Virus record (IMG/VR): IMGVR_UViG_3300020411_003736
Coordinates: 1-64,000 of that record
Origin: a virus
Length of the DNA stretch: 64,000 bases
Direction: 5' to 3' (one strand)
Both the position numbers and the translations under genes were made by a program. Below the pieces are notes generated by a model. That model did no database searches and was not told the origin of the DNA. It worked only from the letters and a program-made list of their open reading frames with translations. This document shows positions 1 through 10,100 of this stretch, piece by piece. Every line of letters starts with the position of its first letter. Within the stretch, counting starts at the first letter, position 1.

Positions 1-605
1 ATAACGATAGCAGGTGCTTTTGAAGATGATCCTGAACCACTTCCTGGAATCACTAAGTAAATGTAAGCACCATCCTGAAAAGGACTTTTGATACCATTGT
101 TACCCATATTCTTTTTGAAGTCAGCAGCACCATCAGCATCGAATCCAACTTGAACTTGATGTTGGTCACCAGCAAAACTCATCCAATCACCTTGTAGTGC
201 ATCTTCATCATCAACAGATGGTGAAAAAACATATACGAAATCTGAGTTATCATCAGTATAAGCACCTATGTTAGCAAGGATATCTTCTACATATGCTTCC
301 AAAGCTTCATCAGTATCTTGACCATCAGCTAATGTAACACCACCAACAGCAGCGTCATACTTAGCTTGTCCAGGGAAACGACCTTTACCCTCTTCAGATA
401 CAGCTTGGTTGTAATAGTTATTAGCTACAGATAAAAGTTTATCAATGTTATTCATTGTTTTCTTTTCTTTAGCACCAGAACCAACAGCACCAAACTTTGG
501 AGCAGCTGTGGTAGCCAATGTAGCCATCATAGCAGTAGTAACAGCAAATTCAGCAAGTGAATTTCCTTTGCTACTCTTTATTTTTTTAATTAAGTTTATG
601 AACAT
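1..605 (-). CDS. Type IV pilin / pseudopilin-like protein (3' end outside window)
   Basis: Not in ORF track. ATG at 605 with AGGAG upstream. Translates MFINLIKKIKSSKG|NSLAEFAVTTAMMATLATTAAPKF...: basic leader, Gly-1, Glu+5 and hydrophobic helix, i.e. a class III (prepilin) signal. Open to window edge. Confidence 0.8.
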   Translation of the reverse strand, partial: MFINLIKKIKSSKGNSLAEFAVTTAMMATLATTAAPKFGAVGSGAKEKKTMNNIDKLLSVANNYYNQAVSEEGKGRFPGQAKYDAAVGGVTLADGQDTDEALEAYVEDILANIGAYTDDNSDFVYVFSPSVDDEDALQGDWMSFAGDQHQVQVGFDADGAADFKKNMGNNGIKSPFQDGAYIYLVIPGSGSGSSSKAPAIV

Positions 606-727
606 TTCAGTTCTCCTAGTTAAGTTAATATTTACATCTTATATAATACAAAAACCATACCAAACTTTGCAAACACCGAAAATCAACATATTTTGTATCA
701 GAAAATTACAATATATGTATCAATCTG

Positions 728-1372
728 TTAATTTCTGTTACTATAACTAATCAATTGATTACTTAATAAACTTTGTATTGAATAATAAAGAGATGGATTT
801 CTCTTTAACAACTCTTTAAATTCATTTTGTTTCCAAACTAAACATTCTGTATCATGTTTTGCAATACAAGTTGCTGTTGCTGGTTTTTCAGTAAGAAATG
901 ACATCTCTCCTACAAACTGACCATCTTTCAGTTGAGCTACAGCTTTATGGTCTACAGCAACATCTACTGTACCATTGTATATCAACACTAAATCTGTTAC
1001 TGGTGTATTTTGTGTTATTATTTTTTCACCACAACTATATGTTTTCCACTCAGCTACTTTACTAATTTTTAAATATTCAACAGGACTTAAATCTTTAAAT
1101 AAAGTTTCATACAATTCTTTGTCCTTTGGATCCATATACACAGGTCTTTTTTCATATATGATAACTGCTATGTGATACAGATTAAGAACTATAAAAACAA
1201 AATTCCAATGTATAGCAATCCACATTGGCTCTATAGGTATTACCCAATTATAAAATACAGAAAAGAGACTCGCTAATATAGATACAACTCGTAACCATAA
1301 GATGTCCTTGACCAGAAAAGAAAAGGCTATTAGTCCAAATGCTAAGTGACCAGCTATAAGAGCTATATTCAT
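728..1372 (-). CDS. Popeye-like membrane protein with cyclic-nucleotide-binding domain
   Basis: Three N-terminal TM helices (DILWLR motif), then a CNB domain (LIYNGTVDV...GQFVGEMSFL...ATAT). Confidence 0.8.
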   Translation of the reverse strand: MNIALIAGHLAFGLIAFSFLVKDILWLRVVSILASLFSVFYNWVIPIEPMWIAIHWNFVFIVLNLYHIAVIIYEKRPVYMDPKDKELYETLFKDLSPVEYLKISKVAEWKTYSCGEKIITQNTPVTDLVLIYNGTVDVAVDHKAVAQLKDGQFVGEMSFLTEKPATATCIAKHDTECLVWKQNEFKELLKRNPSLYYSIQSLLSNQLISYSNRN

Positions 1373-1746
1373 TAGAATACATCTTCTGCCAACATATCGT
1401 CTATAGCACCTTTGATGTCTTTAGCAGAACAGTCTACTTCTCCATCCATATCGGCTTTCCAAGTTTCTTTTTTACTTCCATCAAAGAAGAGGGCAATTGA
1501 TGGGAAGTTTCTAAATCTTAATTTCTTAACAACCTTTTTTGCCTGTTCACTCTTAACATAAATGATTTCACAATCTTGGTATCCTTCAACACCTTTAAGT
1601 ATCTTCTTATCTAATTCTTGCTCCTGCCATTCTGCAGTAAAAACAGCCACTACTACACCACCATTTATTTTTTCTTTGAAGTTCTTGTCATTTACTTGTG
1701 AAAATGTAACAGACAGGAATAGCAATAATGTTAATATATTTCTCAT
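1372..1746 (-). CDS. Secreted thioredoxin-fold protein lacking CxxC
   Basis: Signal peptide; VVAVFTAEW(QEQ) where WCxxC is expected; cis-Pro-like NFPSIALF. Confidence 0.6.
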   Translation of the reverse strand: MRNILTLLLFLSVTFSQVNDKNFKEKINGGVVVAVFTAEWQEQELDKKILKGVEGYQDCEIIYVKSEQAKKVVKKLRFRNFPSIALFFDGSKKETWKADMDGEVDCSAKDIKGAIDDMLAEDVF

Positions 1747-1755
1747 AACAAACTC

Positions 1756-2385
1756 CTATTTATCCCTCTTGCGTCTTTCAAGATCCTTTATATCTTGTCT
1801 CAACTCTTTTATAAGTTCCTCATACTCATCTAGTATTTCATAAACAGCATCCATATCTTCCTGCAATCCACCAACTTGATTTTTATATTGTTCATAAGAC
1901 CGAGGCCAGTTATGCCCTTCTGGTTTAGATGGATATTCAGCTGAATATAAAGTTTCTAAATTTGGTAATTCTTTTGCTTCTTGTATTTCTCCTTGTAGAG
2001 TATACCACATTCCAATCAATGATGCCATACCAGTTCCCAATGCCACCATAGTCTGTACTGACAATGTGAACTTAGTATCTAATACTTTGTCTTCACTCAA
2101 TTCTATTGGTTGTTTTTTCTTAGGTTTTTCTTTTGGTTTTTTTATAACTTGTTTGGGTTCAGAATGTATTTCTTCTGTTTTTTCTTCGTGATGTTTAGTA
2201 TCAGCTTCATGATTTAATAAAGCATCTGTGATATCATCAAATTCGCAAAAGCCCATACTAACAAGTATTTCACCAAGTGTGCGTTTATCACCCTTTACTT
2301 GAACTTGTAGAGCTTTGTTCAATTGTCGTTTAGTAATGATATCCTCATCACATAACAATTTACCTATTTTGATATCACCATTCAT
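1756..2385 (-). CDS. MshEN-like (c-di-GMP-binding) domain, TM helix and coiled coil
   Basis: KIGKLLCDEDIITKRQLNKALQVQ and RTLGEILVSMGFCEFDDITDAL match the tandem RLGxxL..QLxxALxxQ MshEN motif; one TM helix around residues 110-130. Confidence 0.7.
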   Translation of the reverse strand: MNGDIKIGKLLCDEDIITKRQLNKALQVQVKGDKRTLGEILVSMGFCEFDDITDALLNHEADTKHHEEKTEEIHSEPKQVIKKPKEKPKKKQPIELSEDKVLDTKFTLSVQTMVALGTGMASLIGMWYTLQGEIQEAKELPNLETLYSAEYPSKPEGHNWPRSYEQYKNQVGGLQEDMDAVYEILDEYEELIKELRQDIKDLERRKRDK

Positions 2386-2537
2386 TACTTTCCAAATCTT
2401 CCAAATCTATTAACAGGTTGACCACCACCCTTTGCTACCCATTTTTTATGTTGATTTGCTGTTCTACCTTCTGTAGCCCATTTTTTATTTAATTTTGCTT
2501 TTTGTTGTTTTCTTAATTTAGCTGCTTTATTTGGCAT
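2385..2537 (-). CDS. Small basic protein (50 aa)
   Basis: MPNKAAKLRKQQKAKLNKKW...; fills the gap exactly with overlapping stop/start codons; below the ORF-track cutoff. Confidence 0.6.
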   Translation of the reverse strand: MPNKAAKLRKQQKAKLNKKWATEGRTANQHKKWVAKGGGQPVNRFGRFGK

Positions 2538-3124
2538 TAGTAAAACTCCGAATAAAATGTGTTTGCTGTATCTGTTCCTATCGTAACATTCTCAAATAAT
2601 AACAAACCATTTTGTAATGTTTCATTATATGGATTATAGAAAGTTCCCTCTACAACTCCATCTACTACATTGTCCTCATTTCTTATTATTGCACCTTGTG
2701 CATTTGATGTGTAATCTGATAATCCTACAATCTCCAATGTAACACCTTTTGTAGATTGTGATGCTGGGTTTACATAAGAACCCTCATCAATTAAATCATC
2801 ATTATCTATACCATCAATATCATACATTATCAAAGCATAATGTTCTTTTTCAGGTGAAATCCTACCACCATCCTTCTGAAAATGGATTACAAATACCTTT
2901 TTAACATCACCACTATCCGTAAGAGTTTTTACTCCATAAGTAGTTACGCTTTCATAATAATCATATACAGGTATTTCATTACCATCTAACCACATTTGGA
3001 TTAACTCTTGTGGTGTTTCATCTGCCACTCTATCATCTTCACAACTTGACATCATAAACATGGTCACCATTAACAATGAACCACAAATTGCTCTTACTGT
3101 GTTATATATTTCCTCATGTGTCAT
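2537..3124 (-). CDS. Putative lipoprotein
   Basis: Probable start MTHEE; hydrophobic stretch ending MMSS-C (lipobox-like), then acidic domain. Confidence 0.5.
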   Translation of the reverse strand: MTHEEIYNTVRAICGSLLMVTMFMMSSCEDDRVADETPQELIQMWLDGNEIPVYDYYESVTTYGVKTLTDSGDVKKVFVIHFQKDGGRISPEKEHYALIMYDIDGIDNDDLIDEGSYVNPASQSTKGVTLEIVGLSDYTSNAQGAIIRNEDNVVDGVVEGTFYNPYNETLQNGLLLFENVTIGTDTANTFYSEFY

Positions 3125-3125
3125 T

Positions 3126-4427
3126 TTAAAATCCCATAAATTGATAGTTAACACCTAATTTGATATCGTATGCTGGTCTTTCCCAATAATACAAATATCT
3201 ACCTTCAGCAAACACTCCAAGATTATCTTTGAGTTTTACTCCAAATATTGCACCCATATCGTAATCATTCCAACTCATCCACATTGGATCCATAAACATA
3301 AAATCATATGGTTCTTTACCTTCTTCCAAATGATCTTGATATGCTGCAGCATTGTGATATGAATGTTTAGTATGCCCATAATGATATGGTAGCCAATTAC
3401 CCCAAGCATGCAACCACCAACTTTCATCATAATGATAAAAATCAGCACCTATTACTACTGATGTTTCATTTTGATTTCCTAAACCCTTTTTTAAATCATC
3501 TATATATTCTTCCAACATTCCTGGAAAATGATAGACAAAATATTCTCTATCAGTATAAGCAAATATTCTACCATCAGCATCTCTCCATAACCAATCATGT
3601 CCCCAATATTCACCTTGCCCATTCCAAAAAGGACCATCTCCTTCAACTCTCTGCCATTCTCCATTTACATATTCCAATAATTCGTTATGTTTCCAAATAG
3701 GATTACCATCTTCATCATAACCCTCTAACATATCTTCATCATACCACATATTATCATCAATACCAAAAGCATCTTCAGCGAATGCCCACCACGAACCACG
3801 ATACCAAGTGGTATCAAGAACCATAGCGTCAAATCCATATACAGGATGTTGTCTGTGTTTAAATCCAGCAGAAAAATGTAATTTGTTACCAAGAGCTTCT
3901 GGTGTGAGATGTAATCTTATATCCCCTTGACCATATTTAATATCTTCCAATCCTAATTCAGTAACACCAACTTTAGCCATCACCCAATCACCGATATATC
4001 TTAACCAATACTCTTGATTCAGATATTCATCACCCCATTGACGACCTTGTGAGAACTTAACTAAATATTCCCAACCTTTAACAGGTCCGAATGTAGCACT
4101 TTCGTTAGCATTCTGTTCTGAACCATCATACCACTTACCACCTTTACCAGCAGATTTAACTCCATGTTTTGCTTCGTATTGGAATCTACCAATTTTACGA
4201 AGTCCAAAAGATGTTTGAAAATCTGGTTTTAATTCTCTATCAGTTCTTTCCACTATTAAATCACCTGTGGATAAACCACCTATTATAGCAAATCTATCGT
4301 CTTGATATCTTGGTGCATTTAAACTAAAACTACTATAAGCAGTTGAGTATTTAAAAAAATTCAGCAATGCATCTTGGCCAAACAAAGATGAGGCTAATAA
4401 TAACCCAATTATAAGTTTCTTTAACAT
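3126..4427 (-). CDS. Putative outer-membrane beta-barrel protein
   Basis: Signal peptide, aromatic-rich alternating strands, C-terminal YDIKLGVNYQF(MGF) beta-signal-like end. Confidence 0.55.
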   Translation of the reverse strand: MLKKLIIGLLLASSLFGQDALLNFFKYSTAYSSFSLNAPRYQDDRFAIIGGLSTGDLIVERTDRELKPDFQTSFGLRKIGRFQYEAKHGVKSAGKGGKWYDGSEQNANESATFGPVKGWEYLVKFSQGRQWGDEYLNQEYWLRYIGDWVMAKVGVTELGLEDIKYGQGDIRLHLTPEALGNKLHFSAGFKHRQHPVYGFDAMVLDTTWYRGSWWAFAEDAFGIDDNMWYDEDMLEGYDEDGNPIWKHNELLEYVNGEWQRVEGDGPFWNGQGEYWGHDWLWRDADGRIFAYTDREYFVYHFPGMLEEYIDDLKKGLGNQNETSVVIGADFYHYDESWWLHAWGNWLPYHYGHTKHSYHNAAAYQDHLEEGKEPYDFMFMDPMWMSWNDYDMGAIFGVKLKDNLGVFAEGRYLYYWERPAYDIKLGVNYQFMGF

Positions 4428-4477
4428 CTGTTTTCTCCTAATAAGTTTTTATAACTATAAATATTAATATTGTTAAG

Positions 4478-5305
4478 TTAGTAATCCATCCGTAAAAAAA
4501 ATCTCATTGGAAGTTCCGTTGATTTTGGGATAGGTTTCGACATTCTTGATATAGCCATTAAATCTCCTTCTTCATCATATAAACCAACCTCTGATATATA
4601 ATTTGGCCAATAACTAGAAGTTAAATTATCTTTAAAATGCCCCAATCCGTCTTTTTTATATATTGTAATATTCTGAGTTTCATTTAGTTCATTTGGTTCA
4701 GTTCTACAGACAAATTCATAAGTAGATATTTCCAAACTCCCCTTAAAAGATAAAGAGTAATTACCATCAGTAACATCAGCATAAGTTTTGGTAGCACTAA
4801 AAGATCCCGTTTCTGTTATAGTAAACACACCCAAATCATAAAATATATTTCCTACATAATTAGCAGATGATGATATCGAAGCTCCTGAATCTTCAAATCG
4901 TGTGGCATTTGTTGCATAAAGATTTCCATTTGAATCATCTACTATTTTAGCACCAGTGGTTGTATCATCTAAAACAAAACTTCCTTTCTTTATTTCTTCC
5001 CCAAATAAAGATTGTGATATTGAGACAACAGAACCAGTATTATGAAACTTACTTAAAAATATACCCTGCCCATCGAATCTATTACCAACAGTAGGATATG
5101 TATTGAATAATGGATTTGATTGCGCTACATCAGAACCACTCAAATAAAAATTTATTCTAGAAAACTCATAATAACTTTTAGATACTTCATTAGATGAAGC
5201 AGATAGAAATTGATGTCTTGTTACATCAGCTTGAGTTAAAGAGTGGGTTTTGTGGGCCTTGAATTTATAAGTATTTATCTGACCTTCTTCAAAATGCTTA
5301 AACAT
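4478..5305 (-). CDS. Virion structural (tail/baseplate) protein
   Basis: C-terminal YISEVGLYDEEGDLMAISRMSKP motif shared with the neighbouring paralog; typical of phage tail-collar/baseplate proteins. Confidence 0.6.
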   Translation of the reverse strand: MFKHFEEGQINTYKFKAHKTHSLTQADVTRHQFLSASSNEVSKSYYEFSRINFYLSGSDVAQSNPLFNTYPTVGNRFDGQGIFLSKFHNTGSVVSISQSLFGEEIKKGSFVLDDTTTGAKIVDDSNGNLYATNATRFEDSGASISSSANYVGNIFYDLGVFTITETGSFSATKTYADVTDGNYSLSFKGSLEISTYEFVCRTEPNELNETQNITIYKKDGLGHFKDNLTSSYWPNYISEVGLYDEEGDLMAISRMSKPIPKSTELPMRFFLRMDY

Positions 5306-5318
5306 TTCATAAGATCAC

Positions 5319-6395
5319 TTAGTAAGTCAATCGTACTTTTACGACTGCCTCTGAACTAAAGTTTTTTACCAATGGTGAACTTAATCTACCAACTGCCATC
5401 AATTCACCTGATGCATCATACAATCCAACTTCACTAATATAAGTTTGTGGGTTGGAAACCATATCATTGTGTCTAATTGCATATTGTGAACCACTCCAAA
5501 ATGTTACATTATTAGAAAGGTTAAACTCATTAGCCTTAGCTCTACAAAAATAATCATATATGTATTGATTCTCTTCAGAACGCATTGTCTGTGATGCTGA
5601 AATCATACATGCTGCTAACTTACCAGCATTATCTATACTATCAGTTGAACTCCCACTATCAGGATCTAAACCAACACCCACAAATACAGCAAAAGGATCG
5701 GTGGTGGCTTGTTGTTGATATGCAGGTTTGCCTGGGAGTGAAGATGAAAGTGCATTAGCACTCAACACAATCAATCCAGCATCTGGATAAAACTTACCAT
5801 ACTCACGAGTATCTGCAGACTTTAATGTACCAGCAGAACCAGACCTTACAGAATATCTTGGACCAAATGGTGAACCTGGAGTTTCAGGATCATTAGCAAC
5901 ACTATTATCTGTTAAATTTATGGTTTTCTTTGTACCATTTTTTAAAGAACCACTCAATGAAATTGTCCAAGTTCCAGGATTCAATCTATCCTTCATTCTT
6001 AATCTTTCAGCCGCTATAAAGTAACAATCGGATTGTGTTACTGGATTTGTACCATCTGTACCATCAGCAATTAACCAACCACCCGAATCTCTTAACCTAT
6101 CAGATTGTGGTTCTACTAAATTATAAAAACCTTTATATATAGCTTCTGTTGTACCTACCTCATTAGTAGCATCAGCATTACTACCACTTCCAGCAATATG
6201 TCCATAAGCAACACTAAAATGATCTGTTGAATTATATTGCAAATTATAATAATATTCTTTTTGTGTTGATGATAGTGACGATGTTGCTAATGAACCACTA
6301 TTTATTGTTCCAGTACCAGAAGTTCCGAAGAAACCATTGGTTGTTGTTATCTCTGTTATCACTACATCATTTTGTGGATTTATACTTTTTAACAT
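5319..6395 (-). CDS. Virion structural (tail/baseplate) protein, paralog of 4478-5305
   Basis: YISEVGLYDASGELMAVGRLSSP motif; S/G/T-rich. Confidence 0.6.
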   Translation of the reverse strand: MLKSINPQNDVVITEITTTNGFFGTSGTGTINSGSLATSSLSSTQKEYYYNLQYNSTDHFSVAYGHIAGSGSNADATNEVGTTEAIYKGFYNLVEPQSDRLRDSGGWLIADGTDGTNPVTQSDCYFIAAERLRMKDRLNPGTWTISLSGSLKNGTKKTINLTDNSVANDPETPGSPFGPRYSVRSGSAGTLKSADTREYGKFYPDAGLIVLSANALSSSLPGKPAYQQQATTDPFAVFVGVGLDPDSGSSTDSIDNAGKLAACMISASQTMRSEENQYIYDYFCRAKANEFNLSNNVTFWSGSQYAIRHNDMVSNPQTYISEVGLYDASGELMAVGRLSSPLVKNFSSEAVVKVRLTY

Positions 6396-6411
6396 TTCTA
6401 TTCCTATCTAA

Positions 6412-7050
6412 TTAATTCGAAGTATTTGATTCAATAGTTACAGTTAAAAATGCAGGTGCAGCACCATCTCTACGAACCTCAACACCAATAACTTTTTGTG
6501 CAGTAATTTCACCTGCTCGAGCATTTAAAACAAGTTGCTCACCACTTACCTGAACTGGTTGAACATCTGGACTAGAAAAAGGATTTGCTGTGGTATCATC
6601 ATCATTTATTATCAAACCTCTGGCATCCAAAATTCTAAATGTAAAACCTATTGATGTTTCACTAATTGGGACTACAGTTGGTGTAATTGATATTGGTTGA
6701 CTAGTAAAACCTTCATTCCCCACTGTGTTTGTTTTTGAAATTGTTTCTGTAATATTTTGTAGATGAACATATGTATAATTCTGTACATTTCTTTGCCCAG
6801 TTCCATAAAGTTTTGATCTCATAAAAACCAACTCATGTGGTACTGCTTCCATCTGTGGTAAAGATGTTATAGCTGTTCCATAAGCAGAAGAACCATCAGG
6901 GTGATTTGGATTATATAATGTGTAATCCACACCAGTATCACCAAAGGCAAATTGAGTTATACCCAATGGTTTTCCCTCAGCCAATTTTCTTCTACCAGCT
7001 TTTGTTAAAATTGCATCTACTATTACTGTATCGTTGTCAAGTAAGCCCAT
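6412..7050 (-). CDS. Virion structural protein
   Basis: AILTKAGRRKLAEG..ITQFAFGD resembles the tail-collar/fibre N-terminal motif (LTxxGxxxLA...). Confidence 0.55.
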   Translation of the reverse strand: MGLLDNDTVIVDAILTKAGRRKLAEGKPLGITQFAFGDTGVDYTLYNPNHPDGSSAYGTAITSLPQMEAVPHELVFMRSKLYGTGQRNVQNYTYVHLQNITETISKTNTVGNEGFTSQPISITPTVVPISETSIGFTFRILDARGLIINDDDTTANPFSSPDVQPVQVSGEQLVLNARAGEITAQKVIGVEVRRDGAAPAFLTVTIESNTSN

Positions 7051-7112
7051 AATATTTTTTCCCGTTTATACTTTCGTTAATAAATATATCTAAAAAAAGT
7101 TTTATATATCTA

Positions 7113-10100
7113 TTATGTTAATTGTAATTGATTACCCCCCGTACTTGTAATTGTATAGGCAGATTGTGTATGATATACATCCGGCGCTGTGTTGGTAGGA
7201 TCTAAAGTTGGATTACTACCATCATGTTGTGTTCCTTTGTAAATTAAATTATCTAATACATCTTTACTCGTTCTAGCAATCAGATAATGATTTGATGGAT
7301 AATGTATATTTCCTTCTGATGAACTAAAGTAACTTGTTCTACCAACCATCCTTCCATCTATTGTTGGATTGGGTTGATGTAATGTTGAGTAAGTATATCC
7401 ATTACCCGCGTCAATAAATTGTCTGTTAAAAAAGTCCTCAAACTCATCATGTTTATTTGTCTTTTGTCTAACACCAGCAGTATAACTAGCAGTTATAGGT
7501 ATGTAAAGTTCGGTATCACCTATAGTTGGAAAAGTAAATCTATCCTCATAATGATATGTATTAAAAGTGCTTCCTGATCCTGGATTAGCAGATTTAAACC
7601 AAGTCTTATCTGGTTCTTTTCCATGATTTTTATAAAATTCATTTTTAGAACCTAACATTATATTTTTAAAATCACTTGGTTCTAAAGTATAAACAGATTG
7701 ATTTATTGAATTGGTTAAATCTACAGTATTTAAAGATACTGCATTTGACCTTATAGTTAGATTTTCTGATGAGAGATTATAAAGATTTGTGCCGCTTATC
7801 TCCCCACCCCTTATAGTTAGATTTTCTGATGATACATTATAAATGTTTGTACTTTTTACCTCTCCATTTGGATTGAATCCAGCAACCCTTTGATCAAAAT
7901 ATGAATAAGAATAAGAATCAATTTTTGAAGATGATAAAGTCAATTCATTTGTTAAAACATTTATATTACCATCTTTTACAGTATCATTTACAAATGTGGA
8001 AATAGTTGGTTCTGCTAAACTAGAACTACCCACAACATTATTTGCATTTAACTCAGTAGTTAGTTTTGCATTTTTTATTCTACTTCTAAAAAGAACATCA
8101 TTCCTCACATCATAAGAAAAATTTAATTGAGTGCGTGCGGGTAACAAATCCGACATCTGTCCTTCATCTAATGTTGATATAAAATTCTCTATTGATTTTT
8201 GATTTTTCCCAACATCTACTGTTATTTCCGCATTAGTAATCAAATTTTTTCTCAAATCCTTTAAATCCTCATAACCATCGGATAGTGTAGAATTATAATC
8301 TCCTATTTCATTTTCTATACTAAAATCAGGAATGATATTAAATATCAAAGAATCTACAGCATTAACATACGATAGACTTGAACCAAAATTATTTGAGAAA
8401 AATCTTCCTGGAGTAGGATTATAAGGTTCAGTCAAAGATTCAAAATTTGGATTCAAATTTGCTTCACTTGATAATTCAGGATAAAGATTTGAAGTATTAT
8501 CATTTTGAATATCATCCCTACCACGAACACCAAAAGAATAAAAAATTTGTTCTGTAGTTACAGTTCTATAATTTAATTTATCTTGTGTTGTTAGTAAATG
8601 GGTAAAGTTCTTTACATTATTTGGATTCGAATCATTTATGTTAAGTGAAGCTAAATCAGGATTTGTATCTGAATTTACATATCCCTCATTCAAACGATAC
8701 CTATATATTATATCAGAGAAAGAAGATGTTATAGTTCCACCAACCGTACTTTCATAATTTAAAATATGTTGTTTAAATTTAGAAGAACTTAAATAAGCAC
8801 TCCAAGCCCTAACCTCTGCAATAGAACCAGTTACAGTTTCTCCAATCAATAAATTTTGTATTCTTGCACCATCGGATGCAATACTTCCAGAATTTCTAAA
8901 ATTTCTATTAGCTCTCTTTGCCATAAGTTTACTAATACCATCACCAATTGATGAAGATATTGACATACTAACTATATGATAATCCACTATAGCATCATTA
9001 TTCTTTCTACCAACAAACATCTGATAAGATTGACTTAATGGGAATCCATCTTCAAAATCACTTCCAGAATTTCTTTGTAAAATTAAATTATAGATATTAT
9101 CCCCAAATAAATTATCTATTAATGGTGTCTCCATACTAAAATGTGTAGTACCACTTCCATTCGCTGTCCTATTCAATCGAAATTGAATCTTACCTTTTGT
9201 TGTAGAAGTATTATGTTCTGGTATTAAATTTATATTCCACAAATCATTATTAGAACCACTTAATCTCATCAAAGATTGTGTTACATTACTCGTCGGTTCT
9301 TCCGCATTAAAAACTAACTCCAAACCATTTGGTTCAGCACTATTAGCAAACCAATCCACCCCAAATCTATTATGTCCATTTGAAGCAGATGATACATTCA
9401 ACATTAAAAAGGGAGTTATATTTTCAATGAAAGATATACTACCAGATGTATTCTTCAGACCATCTAACAAACCTTGAGAGTCATTTGTAATTATAGTAGG
9501 ATTATGTTCAGTTATAGAACCACCATATTCCCTTAAATTAAATGCATCGGAATTGAATCCATGAATATTAAGTAATGCTTTTATCGATTCTACAGAACCT
9601 TTTGTTTTATAAATGTAAATTAAATTATTTAATATTTTTTTCCATGTAGCATTTATAGCATCTTTTGTTCCTATTTCTTCCGTCTTATTAGAATCTATAT
9701 AATCAGATAAACTACTTGATAAAGAAGATAAAAGTTCATAACCAGCGCTATCAGCAACAATTGGCAAAAGATTATCTGGAATAGAATTTGGATTTTTGTA
9801 ACCCAACTTAGTAATATTTAAATAATTGTCTATATAATTTCTTAATAAATCATATTCTTCGGATATCATATTTATAAAATCACGTAAAACTTTATGTTGA
9901 TTATCCTCTCTCAAAAATTCAGGTATGTTATTAACTAATGAATGTATATTTTGAGTATCATATAGAGATGCAGAACTAAGCATTCCATCATACCACCCAT
10001 TCCATTCCGATGAACCACCATAACTTCCACTCGGTGGTCTATACATTGGCGAAAATGGATGAGTATTAGTTGGATCTTTTAAAGATACTCTTACATCACT

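Noticed and set aside
445-750. Plus-strand 101-aa ORF and the many other short plus-strand ORFs inside minus-strand genes
   Set aside because: Antisense shadows of well-supported genes (here the pilin); no RBS or recognisable motifs.
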